From Candidatus Latescibacterota bacterium (GTDB lineage Bacteria > Latescibacterota > UBA2968 > UBA8231): a stretch of 64,000 nucleotides of DNA. Position 1 is the first letter of the stretch; every line of letters starts with the position of its first letter. The DNA lies in contig CBDETY010000003.1 in NCBI GenBank assembly GCA_965243025.1, forward strand, positions 224,001-288,000, read 5' to 3'. The translations under genes were made by a program, and so were the position numbers. Below are positions 56,122-64,000 of this stretch, piece by piece. The notes under the pieces were generated by a model. That model did no database searches. It was not told the DNA's origin and saw only the letters and a program-made list of their open reading frames with translations.

Positions 56122-57042
56122 ATGCGGACAAACACAGGCGCAGCAGCGCGCTTCGCCTTCATCACCGACACCCATTATCACCCGGAGGCGTCCCGGGATT
56201 TCGGGGCGCCGAAAATGCTCACCCGCGCCCCGGAGGTCCTGGCCGCCACCGTGCCGGCGGTCAACGCGGTGCAACCGGAGTTCATCCTGCACGGTGGAGA
56301 CCTGTTCTGCGGCGGCACCTCCTTCGAGCTGCCGGACGACCTCTACGAGCAGTCCCTGCGCGACGTCGCCGCGGCCTACGCCGGCTTCGACGCCCCCGTC
56401 CACTACGTTCCCGGGAATCACGACTGCCGGGCCAGCGACTTCTCCTTCGAAGACCTGGGCCGCGCCTTCCCGATGCCCGGAATCCTCGGGATCGCCGAGG
56501 TCGCACCACGCCTCCGGGTCGCCCTCGCCAACGCCTACCACACCGGCCACGGAGAGGGCCGGGGCTTGTGGACCGGCGAGCTGGACGCGGCCCTGCGCGA
56601 GGCCAATGACGACGCCCTGGCCTCGGATTCCGCCCTGATCCTCGTACAGCATCCCTGGATCGCCCCCAACTTCATTCCGGAAGGGGGCGATGAGGACGCC
56701 GGGTGCATCGGGGGAGCCGGGCGGCTGCGGGGCACCCTCCGCGAATGTTCTTCCGTGGTCGCCGCGTTCACCGGGCACCGCCACATCAACCGCATCCGCA
56801 TGCTGGGGGACCTCGCCGTCGTCGACACCGCCTGCCTGATCGGCTACCCCTTCGGGTTCCGGGAGGTGACGCTCGATTCCCGGGGCTGGATGACCTGCCG
56901 CTTCCACCAGCTCGACCTCCCGGAGTTGATGCGGGAGTCCTGCGCCCGTTCCGACGAGCTGACGAACGACCGCTGGCGCGGGGAAGAGGGGGACCGGAAC
57001 ACGCGGATCCTGCTGCCCAGGCTGCGGGAGCTGTGGCGGTAA
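56122..57042 (+). CDS. Calcineurin-like metallophosphoesterase
   Basis: TDTH, GGDL, GNHD, QHP, GHRH; RBS aaggag. Confidence 0.88.
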   Translation: MRTNTGAAARFAFITDTHYHPEASRDFGAPKMLTRAPEVLAATVPAVNAVQPEFILHGGDLFCGGTSFELPDDLYEQSLRDVAAAYAGFDAPVHYVPGNHDCRASDFSFEDLGRAFPMPGILGIAEVAPRLRVALANAYHTGHGEGRGLWTGELDAALREANDDALASDSALILVQHPWIAPNFIPEGGDEDAGCIGGAGRLRGTLRECSSVVAAFTGHRHINRIRMLGDLAVVDTACLIGYPFGFREVTLDSRGWMTCRFHQLDLPELMRESCARSDELTNDRWRGEEGDRNTRILLPRLRELWR

Positions 57043-57050
57043 CCGGTCCC

Positions 57051-59150
57051 ATGGCGAGTCTCGCGATCGACATCGGCGGCACCTTCACCGACGTGGTGGT
57101 AGTCCGGTCCGCTTCGGAGTCCCTGTCGGCGGCCAAGGTGCTGACCACCTATCCCGACCCCTCCCGGGGGGTGCTGGAAGGGGCGGCGAAGGCCCTGGCG
57201 TCCGCCGGGGTCGACCCGGCGCAGGTCGAGCGGCTGATCCACGGAACCACCCTGGTCACCAACGCCCTGATCGAGCGCAAGGGGGCGCGCACCGGCCTGC
57301 TGACGACCGCCGGCTTCGGGGATGCCCTGGAGATCGGCCGCGAGGGGCGTTACGACATCTACGACCTTCTGCTCGAGCTGCCCGAGCCGCTGGTCGAGCG
57401 GCGGCTGCGGCTCGAGGTGAGGGAGCGCCTCAACTCGAGCGGCGAGGTGCTGGAGGACCTCGACGAGGGGACGGTCCGCCAGGCCTGCATGCAGCTGGCC
57501 GAGGAAGGGGTCGAGGCGGTGGCGGTCTGTTTCCTCCACGCCTACGCCAACGCCGATCACGAGGGCCGCGCCGCGGCGATCGCCTCCGAGCTCCTGCCGC
57601 ACGCCGCGGTCTCCACCTCCCACGCGGTGGCGCCGCAGATGCGCGAGTACGAACGCGCCTCGACCACCGTCGCCAACGCCTACGTCAAGCAGCTGGCCGG
57701 GCGCTATCTCGACAATCTCCAGGAAGGCATGCGCAGCCTCGGAGTCCCGGCGCCGCTGCACGTCACCCTCTCCAACGGCGGCACCGCGACGGCCGCCACC
57801 GCCGCGGAGTTCCCGGTGCGCCTGGTCGAGTCCGGCCCCTGCGGCGGCGCCCTGGCGGCCGCCGAGACGGCGAGGCGCTGCGGCTTCGAGGACCTGCTCG
57901 CCTTCGACATGGGGGGGACCACGGCCAAGGCCTTCCTCAGCGCCGGGGGGGAGTTCCCGATCACCACCGAGTCGGAGGTGGCGCGGGTGTACCGGTTCAA
58001 ACGGGGCAGCGGGCTGCCCCTGCTGGTCCCGGTGCTCGACATGATCGAGGTCGGCGCCGGCGGCGGCAGCATCGCCCGCATCGACCCGCTCGGCCTGCCT
58101 GCGGTCGGCCCGGAAAGCGCCGGCTCCTCCCCGGGGCCCGCCTGCTACGGCCTCGGCGGGGAGCTGCCAACGGTCACCGACGCCGACCTCCTGCTCGGGT
58201 TTCTCGACCCGGGCTTCTTCCTCGGCGGGGAGATGGCCCTCGACACGGAGGCGGCGGCCCGGGCGGTCTCCGGTTTCGCCCGCGGGCTGAACGACAACCC
58301 CGACGGGGCTTCGGGCCGGCCGGATACCGCCGCGGCGGCCTGGGGGATCCACCGGTTGGTGAACGAGAACATGGCCAACGCCGCCCGCGTCCACGCCGCC
58401 GAACGCGGCCTCGACGTCGCCTCCTTCGCGATGGTCGCCACCGGGGGAGCCGGGCCGGTGCACGCCTGCAAGGTCGCCGAGCTGCTCGGCATCGAGACGG
58501 TGATCGTCCCGGGGGCGGCCGGGGTCTCCTCGGCGATCGGGCTGCTGCTGGCGCCGCTGTCGTTCGACTTCTCGCAGTCCCTCGTCGCCCGGCTGGCCGA
58601 TCTCGACCTCGGCAGGGTCGACGAGCTGCTCGCCGCCCTCGAATCCCGGGGGCGCGGCATCGTCGCCGCCGGGGGGGTTTCCGGGGACCGGGTAGAGGTG
58701 GTGCGCACCGCGGACATGCGCTACGTCGGACAGGGGCACGAGATCCGCGTGCCGCTCCCCGGCGGGAGCCTCGAGGAACGGTCCCACCCGGCCCTTCAGG
58801 AGGCCTTCGACAATGCCTACAGCAGGTCGTACGGCCGCATCTGCGAGGGGGTTCCGGTCGAGGCCATACACTGGCGCGTCACCGTCTCCGGACCGAGGCC
58901 GAAGCTGCAGCTGGGGTCCCCCGGATCGCGCGGAACGCCGCTGAAAGGGGAACGCGAAGCCTTCTTCGACGGGCGGCCGCAGCCGGTGCCGGTGTTCGAC
59001 CGCTACGCCCTGCCTGCCGGTTTCGCCGAAACGGGCCCCCTGATCGTCGAGGAGGTGGAATCGACGACGGTGGTGCCGCCGGGCTGGAGCCTGAGCTCGA
59101 CGGAGAGCGGAGACCTGCTGGTCAGAAGAAGCGGACCGCGGAGCGCCTGA
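57051..59150 (+). CDS. Hydantoinase A/5-oxoprolinase family protein
   Basis: DIGGTFTD, HGTT, REYERASTT, DMGGTT, GAGGGSIA, PTVTDA. Confidence 0.93.
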   Translation: MASLAIDIGGTFTDVVVVRSASESLSAAKVLTTYPDPSRGVLEGAAKALASAGVDPAQVERLIHGTTLVTNALIERKGARTGLLTTAGFGDALEIGREGRYDIYDLLLELPEPLVERRLRLEVRERLNSSGEVLEDLDEGTVRQACMQLAEEGVEAVAVCFLHAYANADHEGRAAAIASELLPHAAVSTSHAVAPQMREYERASTTVANAYVKQLAGRYLDNLQEGMRSLGVPAPLHVTLSNGGTATAATAAEFPVRLVESGPCGGALAAAETARRCGFEDLLAFDMGGTTAKAFLSAGGEFPITTESEVARVYRFKRGSGLPLLVPVLDMIEVGAGGGSIARIDPLGLPAVGPESAGSSPGPACYGLGGELPTVTDADLLLGFLDPGFFLGGEMALDTEAAARAVSGFARGLNDNPDGASGRPDTAAAAWGIHRLVNENMANAARVHAAERGLDVASFAMVATGGAGPVHACKVAELLGIETVIVPGAAGVSSAIGLLLAPLSFDFSQSLVARLADLDLGRVDELLAALESRGRGIVAAGGVSGDRVEVVRTADMRYVGQGHEIRVPLPGGSLEERSHPALQEAFDNAYSRSYGRICEGVPVEAIHWRVTVSGPRPKLQLGSPGSRGTPLKGEREAFFDGRPQPVPVFDRYALPAGFAETGPLIVEEVESTTVVPPGWSLSSTESGDLLVRRSGPRSA

Positions 59151-59153
59151 ACC

Positions 59154-60878
59154 ATGGACGACGTCACCCTCGAAGTACTCTGGAGCCGCCTGATCTCGAT
59201 CACCAACGAGCAGGCCGCCGCCCTGATGCACTCCTCGTTCACCACGGTCGTGCGCGAGGCGGGGGATCTCTCCGCCGGGGTTTTCGACCGCAGCGGCAAC
59301 ATGCTCGCCCAGGCGGTGACCGGAACCCCGGGCCACATCAACACCATGGCGACCGGGGTCCGGCACTTCGTCCGCAAGTACCCCATCGACAGCCTCAGAC
59401 CGGGGGACAGCCTGGTGACCAACGACCCCTGGATCGTCTCCGGCCACCTTCACGACATCACCGTCCTCACCCCGGTGTTCCACCGCGGCAGGGGAGTCGG
59501 CTGGTTCGCCAACACCTGTCACGCCATGGACATCGGCGGCCGCACCCTCGGGGCCGACGCCCGCGAGGTGTTCGAGGAGGGGCTCAACATCCCGATCATG
59601 AAGCTGTTTCGCGAGGGGGAGCTCAACCGCGAGCTGATCGACATCGTGCGCGCCAACGTGCGCGTCCCCGACGAGGTCGAGGGGGATCTCTACGCCCAGC
59701 AGGCCGGCAACGACGCCGGCGCCCGCAAGCTGATCGGCATGATGGAGGAGGAGGGCCTGGAGGACATCGAGGATCTGTCGGTGGCGATCCTCGGGCGCTC
59801 CGAGAAGGCGACGGGGGACGCGATCGCCGCCATCGCCGACGGCACCTACGAGGACGAGGTCGAGATCGACGGTTTCGACGAACCCCTGAAGATACGGGCG
59901 GCAATAACCGTGGAGGGACGGCGGGTCACCGTCGACTACGCAGGCAGCTCTCCCCAGGTCGACCGCGGCATCAACGTCGTCTACAACTACACCCACGCGT
60001 ACACCACCTACCCCCTCAAGTGCGCCGTCAGCCCCGAGGTCCCCAACAACGAGGGCAGCTTCCGGCCGGTGACCGTGCGCGCCCCCGAGGGCTCGATCCT
60101 CAACGCCCGCTTCCCGTGCGCGGTCGGGGCGCGCCACCTGATCGGCCACTTCCTGTCGCAGGCGGTGTTCGGGGCCCTGTCGCAGGTGATTCCCGGGCGC
60201 GTCCTCGCCGACGGGTCGGCCGGGCTCTGGAACACCCAGCTCGAAGGGCACGACCGCGGCGGCCGGCTGTTCGCCTACATCTTCTTCTCCGCCGGCGGCA
60301 TGGGGGCGCGTCCGGGCAGCGACGGGCTGTCGGCGACCGCCTTTCCCAGCGGCATCCGCGGCGTCCCGGCCGAGGCGATAGAGTCGGTGTCGCCGGTGCT
60401 GATGCTCCGGCGCGCCCTGCGCCCCGACTCGGGAGGGGCGGGGAAGTTCCGGGGCGGCCTCGGCCAGGAGATGGTGCTCAAGGTCGACAGCGGGCAGGAG
60501 ACCCTGCACTCGCCGATGTACGACCGCACCCGCTCGGCCGCCCGCGGGTTCGACGGCGGCGGGGACGGGGCTGTCGGGGAGCTCTTCCTCGGGAGCGGGG
60601 AGCCCCTGCACCCCAAGCGGAAATACCTGCTGCCCCCGGACGAGACCGTGACCCTCCGCCTTCCCGGCGGCGGCGGCTTCGGCTCGCCCCTGGAGCGCGA
60701 CCCCGCGCGGGTTCTCGAGGATGTCCGCCAGGGCCGCGTCTCCCCGGAGTCGGCCCTGGGAGAGTACGGCGTGGTCGTCGACATCGAGCGCTGGGCCGTC
60801 AACGAGGAGGCGACCGCGGCGGCGCGGCAGGCCCTGCGCAGGCGGGCGGAACCCGGGCGGGAAGGGGAGGAGGGATGA
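59154..60878 (+). CDS. Hydantoinase B/5-oxoprolinase family protein
   Basis: NDPW..GHL.D, HAMDIGG, DSGGAGKFRGG, PGGGGFG.P.ER. Confidence 0.93.
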   Translation: MDDVTLEVLWSRLISITNEQAAALMHSSFTTVVREAGDLSAGVFDRSGNMLAQAVTGTPGHINTMATGVRHFVRKYPIDSLRPGDSLVTNDPWIVSGHLHDITVLTPVFHRGRGVGWFANTCHAMDIGGRTLGADAREVFEEGLNIPIMKLFREGELNRELIDIVRANVRVPDEVEGDLYAQQAGNDAGARKLIGMMEEEGLEDIEDLSVAILGRSEKATGDAIAAIADGTYEDEVEIDGFDEPLKIRAAITVEGRRVTVDYAGSSPQVDRGINVVYNYTHAYTTYPLKCAVSPEVPNNEGSFRPVTVRAPEGSILNARFPCAVGARHLIGHFLSQAVFGALSQVIPGRVLADGSAGLWNTQLEGHDRGGRLFAYIFFSAGGMGARPGSDGLSATAFPSGIRGVPAEAIESVSPVLMLRRALRPDSGGAGKFRGGLGQEMVLKVDSGQETLHSPMYDRTRSAARGFDGGGDGAVGELFLGSGEPLHPKRKYLLPPDETVTLRLPGGGGFGSPLERDPARVLEDVRQGRVSPESALGEYGVVVDIERWAVNEEATAAARQALRRRAEPGREGEEG

Positions 60879-62071
60879 GGGCGGCGGAGCAGCTGGTCGA
60901 CCTGGCCCCGGACGCCGGCGGGGACCGGATCGCCGTCGTCAGGGACGGGGAAGTTTCGTACCTGCCGGCGCAGCGCGTCGACCTCGGCATCGACCACCGG
61001 GGCGCTTCGGGCAGCTGCCGCTACATCCGCCGCTCCCCGGAGGGAGACCTGTTCGTAACCGGCCCGACCCTCGAGCGCCGCATGTTCCGGTCGGCCGACG
61101 GCGGCAGGTCCTGGTCCGGGCACCGGTACGACCTCGGCATGGAGCGCTTCGACCTGAAGCAGATGCCGCGGGACGGCGAGGCGGGCTGGGTGGGGGCCTT
61201 CGAGATCCTCGACGACGGCACCTTCCTGCTCAACGTCATGCCCTCCAACCACCGCCGCAACAGCGAGTCGTATCTCGCCCGCTCCGGGGACCGCGGCGCG
61301 AGCTGGACGGTCGAGCGCATGCAACTGCCGCTCGGAGACCACCGCTCCGTGGCCGCCGGCAACTCCGACATGATCCAGCTCTCCGACGGCACCCTGCTGC
61401 TGACCATGGACCACTTCTTCTACCTCGAAATGGCGGAGGAGAAGGAGCTCCCCGTCGAGCAGCGGGGGGTGTTCGCCCATCTCCTGCGCTCGGGAGACGG
61501 GGGCGTCACCTGGGAGGAGAAAAGTCCCCTGACGATGCACGGCGCCGAGGTCCACCTGCTTGAGCTGCCCTCGGGAAAGCTGCTGTCCGCCATCCGCAAG
61601 CAGCGCAACATCCGCCTCCCCGGCGACCCGGAGGATATCGAGGCGGAGATGCGCGCCAACGGCTACGACCCGGAGCACACCGGGTTCGAGGAGCCGGTCG
61701 ACGAGGAGGCCGCCCGCGTCAAGTCGGTGTTCGTGTCGGAGTCCGGGGACGCCGGCCGCACCTGGGTGAACGAACGGAGGGTCACCGGGTACGAGCAGTG
61801 TTCCGGCGACCTCGCGCTGCTGGCGGACGGCACCACCCTCGTGCTCGCCTACGACAGCCGCTACCACGACCGCTTCGCCCGCGCCGGGGTGCGCGCCAGG
61901 GTCAGCCGCGACGCCGGGGCAACCTGGGAGCCGGAGGAGTACATCCTCGGAGAAGGGGAGAACTACCCGGGATGCATCGCCATGCCGGACGGCACCCTGA
62001 TCACCACCTGCCCCTACCGGCACTGCGGGCCGATCCAGGCCGTGCACTGGCGGCCGCCGGCGAAGGGGTGA
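60875..62071 (+). CDS. BNR/Asp-box repeat (sialidase-fold) protein
   Basis: Five S.D.G.(T/S)W Asp boxes; ATGA overlap with hydantoinase B. Confidence 0.8.
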   Translation: MRAAEQLVDLAPDAGGDRIAVVRDGEVSYLPAQRVDLGIDHRGASGSCRYIRRSPEGDLFVTGPTLERRMFRSADGGRSWSGHRYDLGMERFDLKQMPRDGEAGWVGAFEILDDGTFLLNVMPSNHRRNSESYLARSGDRGASWTVERMQLPLGDHRSVAAGNSDMIQLSDGTLLLTMDHFFYLEMAEEKELPVEQRGVFAHLLRSGDGGVTWEEKSPLTMHGAEVHLLELPSGKLLSAIRKQRNIRLPGDPEDIEAEMRANGYDPEHTGFEEPVDEEAARVKSVFVSESGDAGRTWVNERRVTGYEQCSGDLALLADGTTLVLAYDSRYHDRFARAGVRARVSRDAGATWEPEEYILGEGENYPGCIAMPDGTLITTCPYRHCGPIQAVHWRPPAKG

Positions 62072-62146
62072 CCGGTGGCGGCATGCAGCGGGCGTCGAGT
62101 TCCGCGGGAATTTTGCGGATGACCTTGCCACCAACGGAGGACGGAT

Positions 62147-62857
62147 ATGCAGGAAGCCACTGACCGGCGGCAGCAGTTCGAAGCGGAGGGATACCTCGTC
62201 ATCGAGGAGGCGATCGCCGGGAGCGGGCTCACCCGCCTTCAGGAAGCCTTCGACGAGGGGGCGCGGGCGGGCAAGGGGGACTGGCTCGCCGGGATCGCCG
62301 CGGGCAGGACGGCTCCCGGGTTCTACGACCTGCCGGACCCGCTGGCGGGGGACGACGTCTTCCTCGATCTCGCCGACCACCCGAGCTACTACGGGACCCT
62401 GATGGAGCTGACCGGGGGCGAGCTGATCTTCCTGGGGATCTCCGCCCGGCTCCTGCCGCCGAGCCCGGTCAGCTACACCGGGTGGCATCCCGACGACCTG
62501 CACAGCGGCCCGCCGATGCTGCTGAAGGTCCAGATCTACGTCGACGACGTCGACTCGCGCGAGGGGGCGTTCGCCTTCGTGCCGGGCAGCCACCTGCCCG
62601 GTTCCGGCCCCTATCCCTACGCAGCCCGCCTCGACAGCATGCCGGGACACAAGGTCATCCTCGGCAAGGCGGGGACCGCGGTCATCTTCGACGCCTTCGG
62701 CTGGCATACCGCCTGGAGCAACCGCGGCGCCCGGCCGCGAAAGTCGGTGATCCTCACTTACGAGAAGCCGGGGGAACGGAAGCAGAGCCCCTTCTCCGGG
62801 CTCGCGGACAGGCTGTCCACCCCGGAGCGGCGCCGGCTGTTCCTGTGGGAAGCTTGA
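62147..62857 (+). CDS. Phytanoyl-CoA dioxygenase (PhyH) family Fe(II)/2OG oxygenase
   Basis: WHPD, VPGSH, distal WH, N...PRKS. Confidence 0.88.
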   Translation: MQEATDRRQQFEAEGYLVIEEAIAGSGLTRLQEAFDEGARAGKGDWLAGIAAGRTAPGFYDLPDPLAGDDVFLDLADHPSYYGTLMELTGGELIFLGISARLLPPSPVSYTGWHPDDLHSGPPMLLKVQIYVDDVDSREGAFAFVPGSHLPGSGPYPYAARLDSMPGHKVILGKAGTAVIFDAFGWHTAWSNRGARPRKSVILTYEKPGERKQSPFSGLADRLSTPERRRLFLWEA

Positions 62858-62865
62858 GCACCGCC

Positions 62866-63753
62866 ATGATCGTAGACTCGCACGTCCACGTATTCGCCCG
62901 CGCCTCCGACGAGTTTCCGCGCGAGGTCGGAAAGGGGCGGCCCGCCGAACGCGAGGAGCCGGGCGAAAAGCTGCTCGGCCTGATGGAGGAGCACGGCGTC
63001 GACCGCGCCGTGCTGGTGCAGACCGGCGGCTCCCGGATCGAGCACCACCGCTACCTGCGGCACTGCCTGCGCACCTGGCCCGGCCGCTTTGCCGGGATCG
63101 GGCTAATCCCTGAAGAGACAGCCTCTCCGGAGGACCACATGGACCGGCTCGCCGGAGACGGGGGCGTCATCGGCTTCCGGCTGCGCCACGTCGGCGGCCC
63201 GGCCGATCCCTTCGCCCCGGTCGACGTCAGGCAGCTGGAGACCTTTCCGGTCTGGCGTCACGCCGCGGAGAGGGATTACGTCCTCTGGCTCTACATCCGG
63301 GCCGCGGACACCCACCTCGTCCCCTGGCTCGTCGACGCCTTCCCCCAGGTCCGGGTCGTCTTCAACCACCTGATGGTCTGCCCCGGCACCGGGACCTTCA
63401 CCTGGGACGGCGAGGGGCGCCCCCGGATCGAGACCTCCACCGGGTTTCCCGCCAGCCACTACTCGCTTCTCTGCCTGCGCGAGTACGAAAACGTCTGCGT
63501 CCACCTCTCCGGGCAGTACGCCGTCAGCGGCGAGGAGTGGCCCTACCGCGACCTCGCCGGCGTGCACGAGCGCCTGCTGACCAAGACCTTCGGCGCGGAC
63601 CGCCTGATGTGGGCCTCGGATTTTCCGTGGATCGCGGAGAACCCCGGCTACGGCAGGATCCTGGGGGTGATCGACCAGCTGCTGCCGCAGCTGAGCGACG
63701 TTGAGCGCGCCGCCATCATGGGGGGGACGGCGGAGCGTTTCCTGCGGCTGTAG
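62866..63753 (+). CDS. Amidohydrolase family protein (Amidohydro_2)
   Basis: DSHVH, VVFNHL, RLMWASDFP. Confidence 0.88.
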   Translation: MIVDSHVHVFARASDEFPREVGKGRPAEREEPGEKLLGLMEEHGVDRAVLVQTGGSRIEHHRYLRHCLRTWPGRFAGIGLIPEETASPEDHMDRLAGDGGVIGFRLRHVGGPADPFAPVDVRQLETFPVWRHAAERDYVLWLYIRAADTHLVPWLVDAFPQVRVVFNHLMVCPGTGTFTWDGEGRPRIETSTGFPASHYSLLCLREYENVCVHLSGQYAVSGEEWPYRDLAGVHERLLTKTFGADRLMWASDFPWIAENPGYGRILGVIDQLLPQLSDVERAAIMGGTAERFLRL

Positions 63754-63863
63754 ATAGGGGAAGGGGTTTCAGCTCAGGCGTTCCTGTTTGCCGGGGCTGT
63801 CTGTTCGTATTCCTGTCCGGCCATCGCAGCGGCCGCAACGACTCGTGGAACCTCGAGAGCCGC

Positions 63864-64000
63864 TCAGCTCGTGAGGAAATTCAGCGTGAACATGCGGCGG
63901 CCGCGGCCGCCGCCGAACGAGGCGTGCCAGAGCTGGTGGCTGAAGAAGACGACGTCCCCCGGCTCCGACTCGATTGCATGGGCGGGCACTTCGGCGGGGG
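63864..64000 (-). CDS. C-terminus of a second PhyH-family dioxygenase (truncated by window edge)
   Basis: Own translation: AIESEPGDVVFFSHQLWHASFGGGRGRRMFTLNFLTS-stop. Confidence 0.75.
   Translation of the reverse strand, partial: PAEVPAHAIESEPGDVVFFSHQLWHASFGGGRGRRMFTLNFLTS

Noticed and set aside
56844-60611. 1255-aa minus-strand ORF
   Set aside because: Shadow of hydantoinase A/B.

Overview
High-GC bacterial chromosomal window. The protein families suggest an FCB-group organism, plausibly a Latescibacterota-like marine or sponge-associated lineage; this is inference, based on a T9SS-like C-terminal domain, dockerin-like repeats, a C-terminal SWGxxK motif, a DUF6785-like membrane protein and PhyH/amidohydrolase paralogs. 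The window has three parts. (1) 1-3616: housekeeping genes (rRNA methyltransferase, amidohydrolase, ParA, two coupled MazG-fold pyrophosphatases). (2) ~3650-21900: a compositionally distinct accessory region abutting the 3' end of the tmRNA gene (ssrA, 21940-22294, tag ADDNSYALAA). It holds two paralogous soluble GAF-PAS-kinase-receiver-winged-helix regulators, an atypical NarL/LuxR regulator and phased repeats in an AT-rich promoter. It also holds a ~3000-aa secreted protein with ~21 fibronectin-III modules and a dockerin/cohesin/T9SS-like anchor, plus mobile-element debris. (3) 22382-64000: core and metabolic genes (TamA/TamB, Hsp20 with a sigma-54 promoter, pckA, queC, MFS transporters, moaA, CoxD/CoxE-like pair, hydantoinase/oxoprolinase cluster). 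This part includes an unusual FolC-ATP-grasp fusion preceded by a structured ~93-bp tandem repeat array. The strongest candidates for an undescribed system are the regulator plus modular FN3 surface-protein island and the moaA-repeat array-FolC/ATP-grasp-PLP enzyme locus. No database searches were run; all family calls come from motif recognition.
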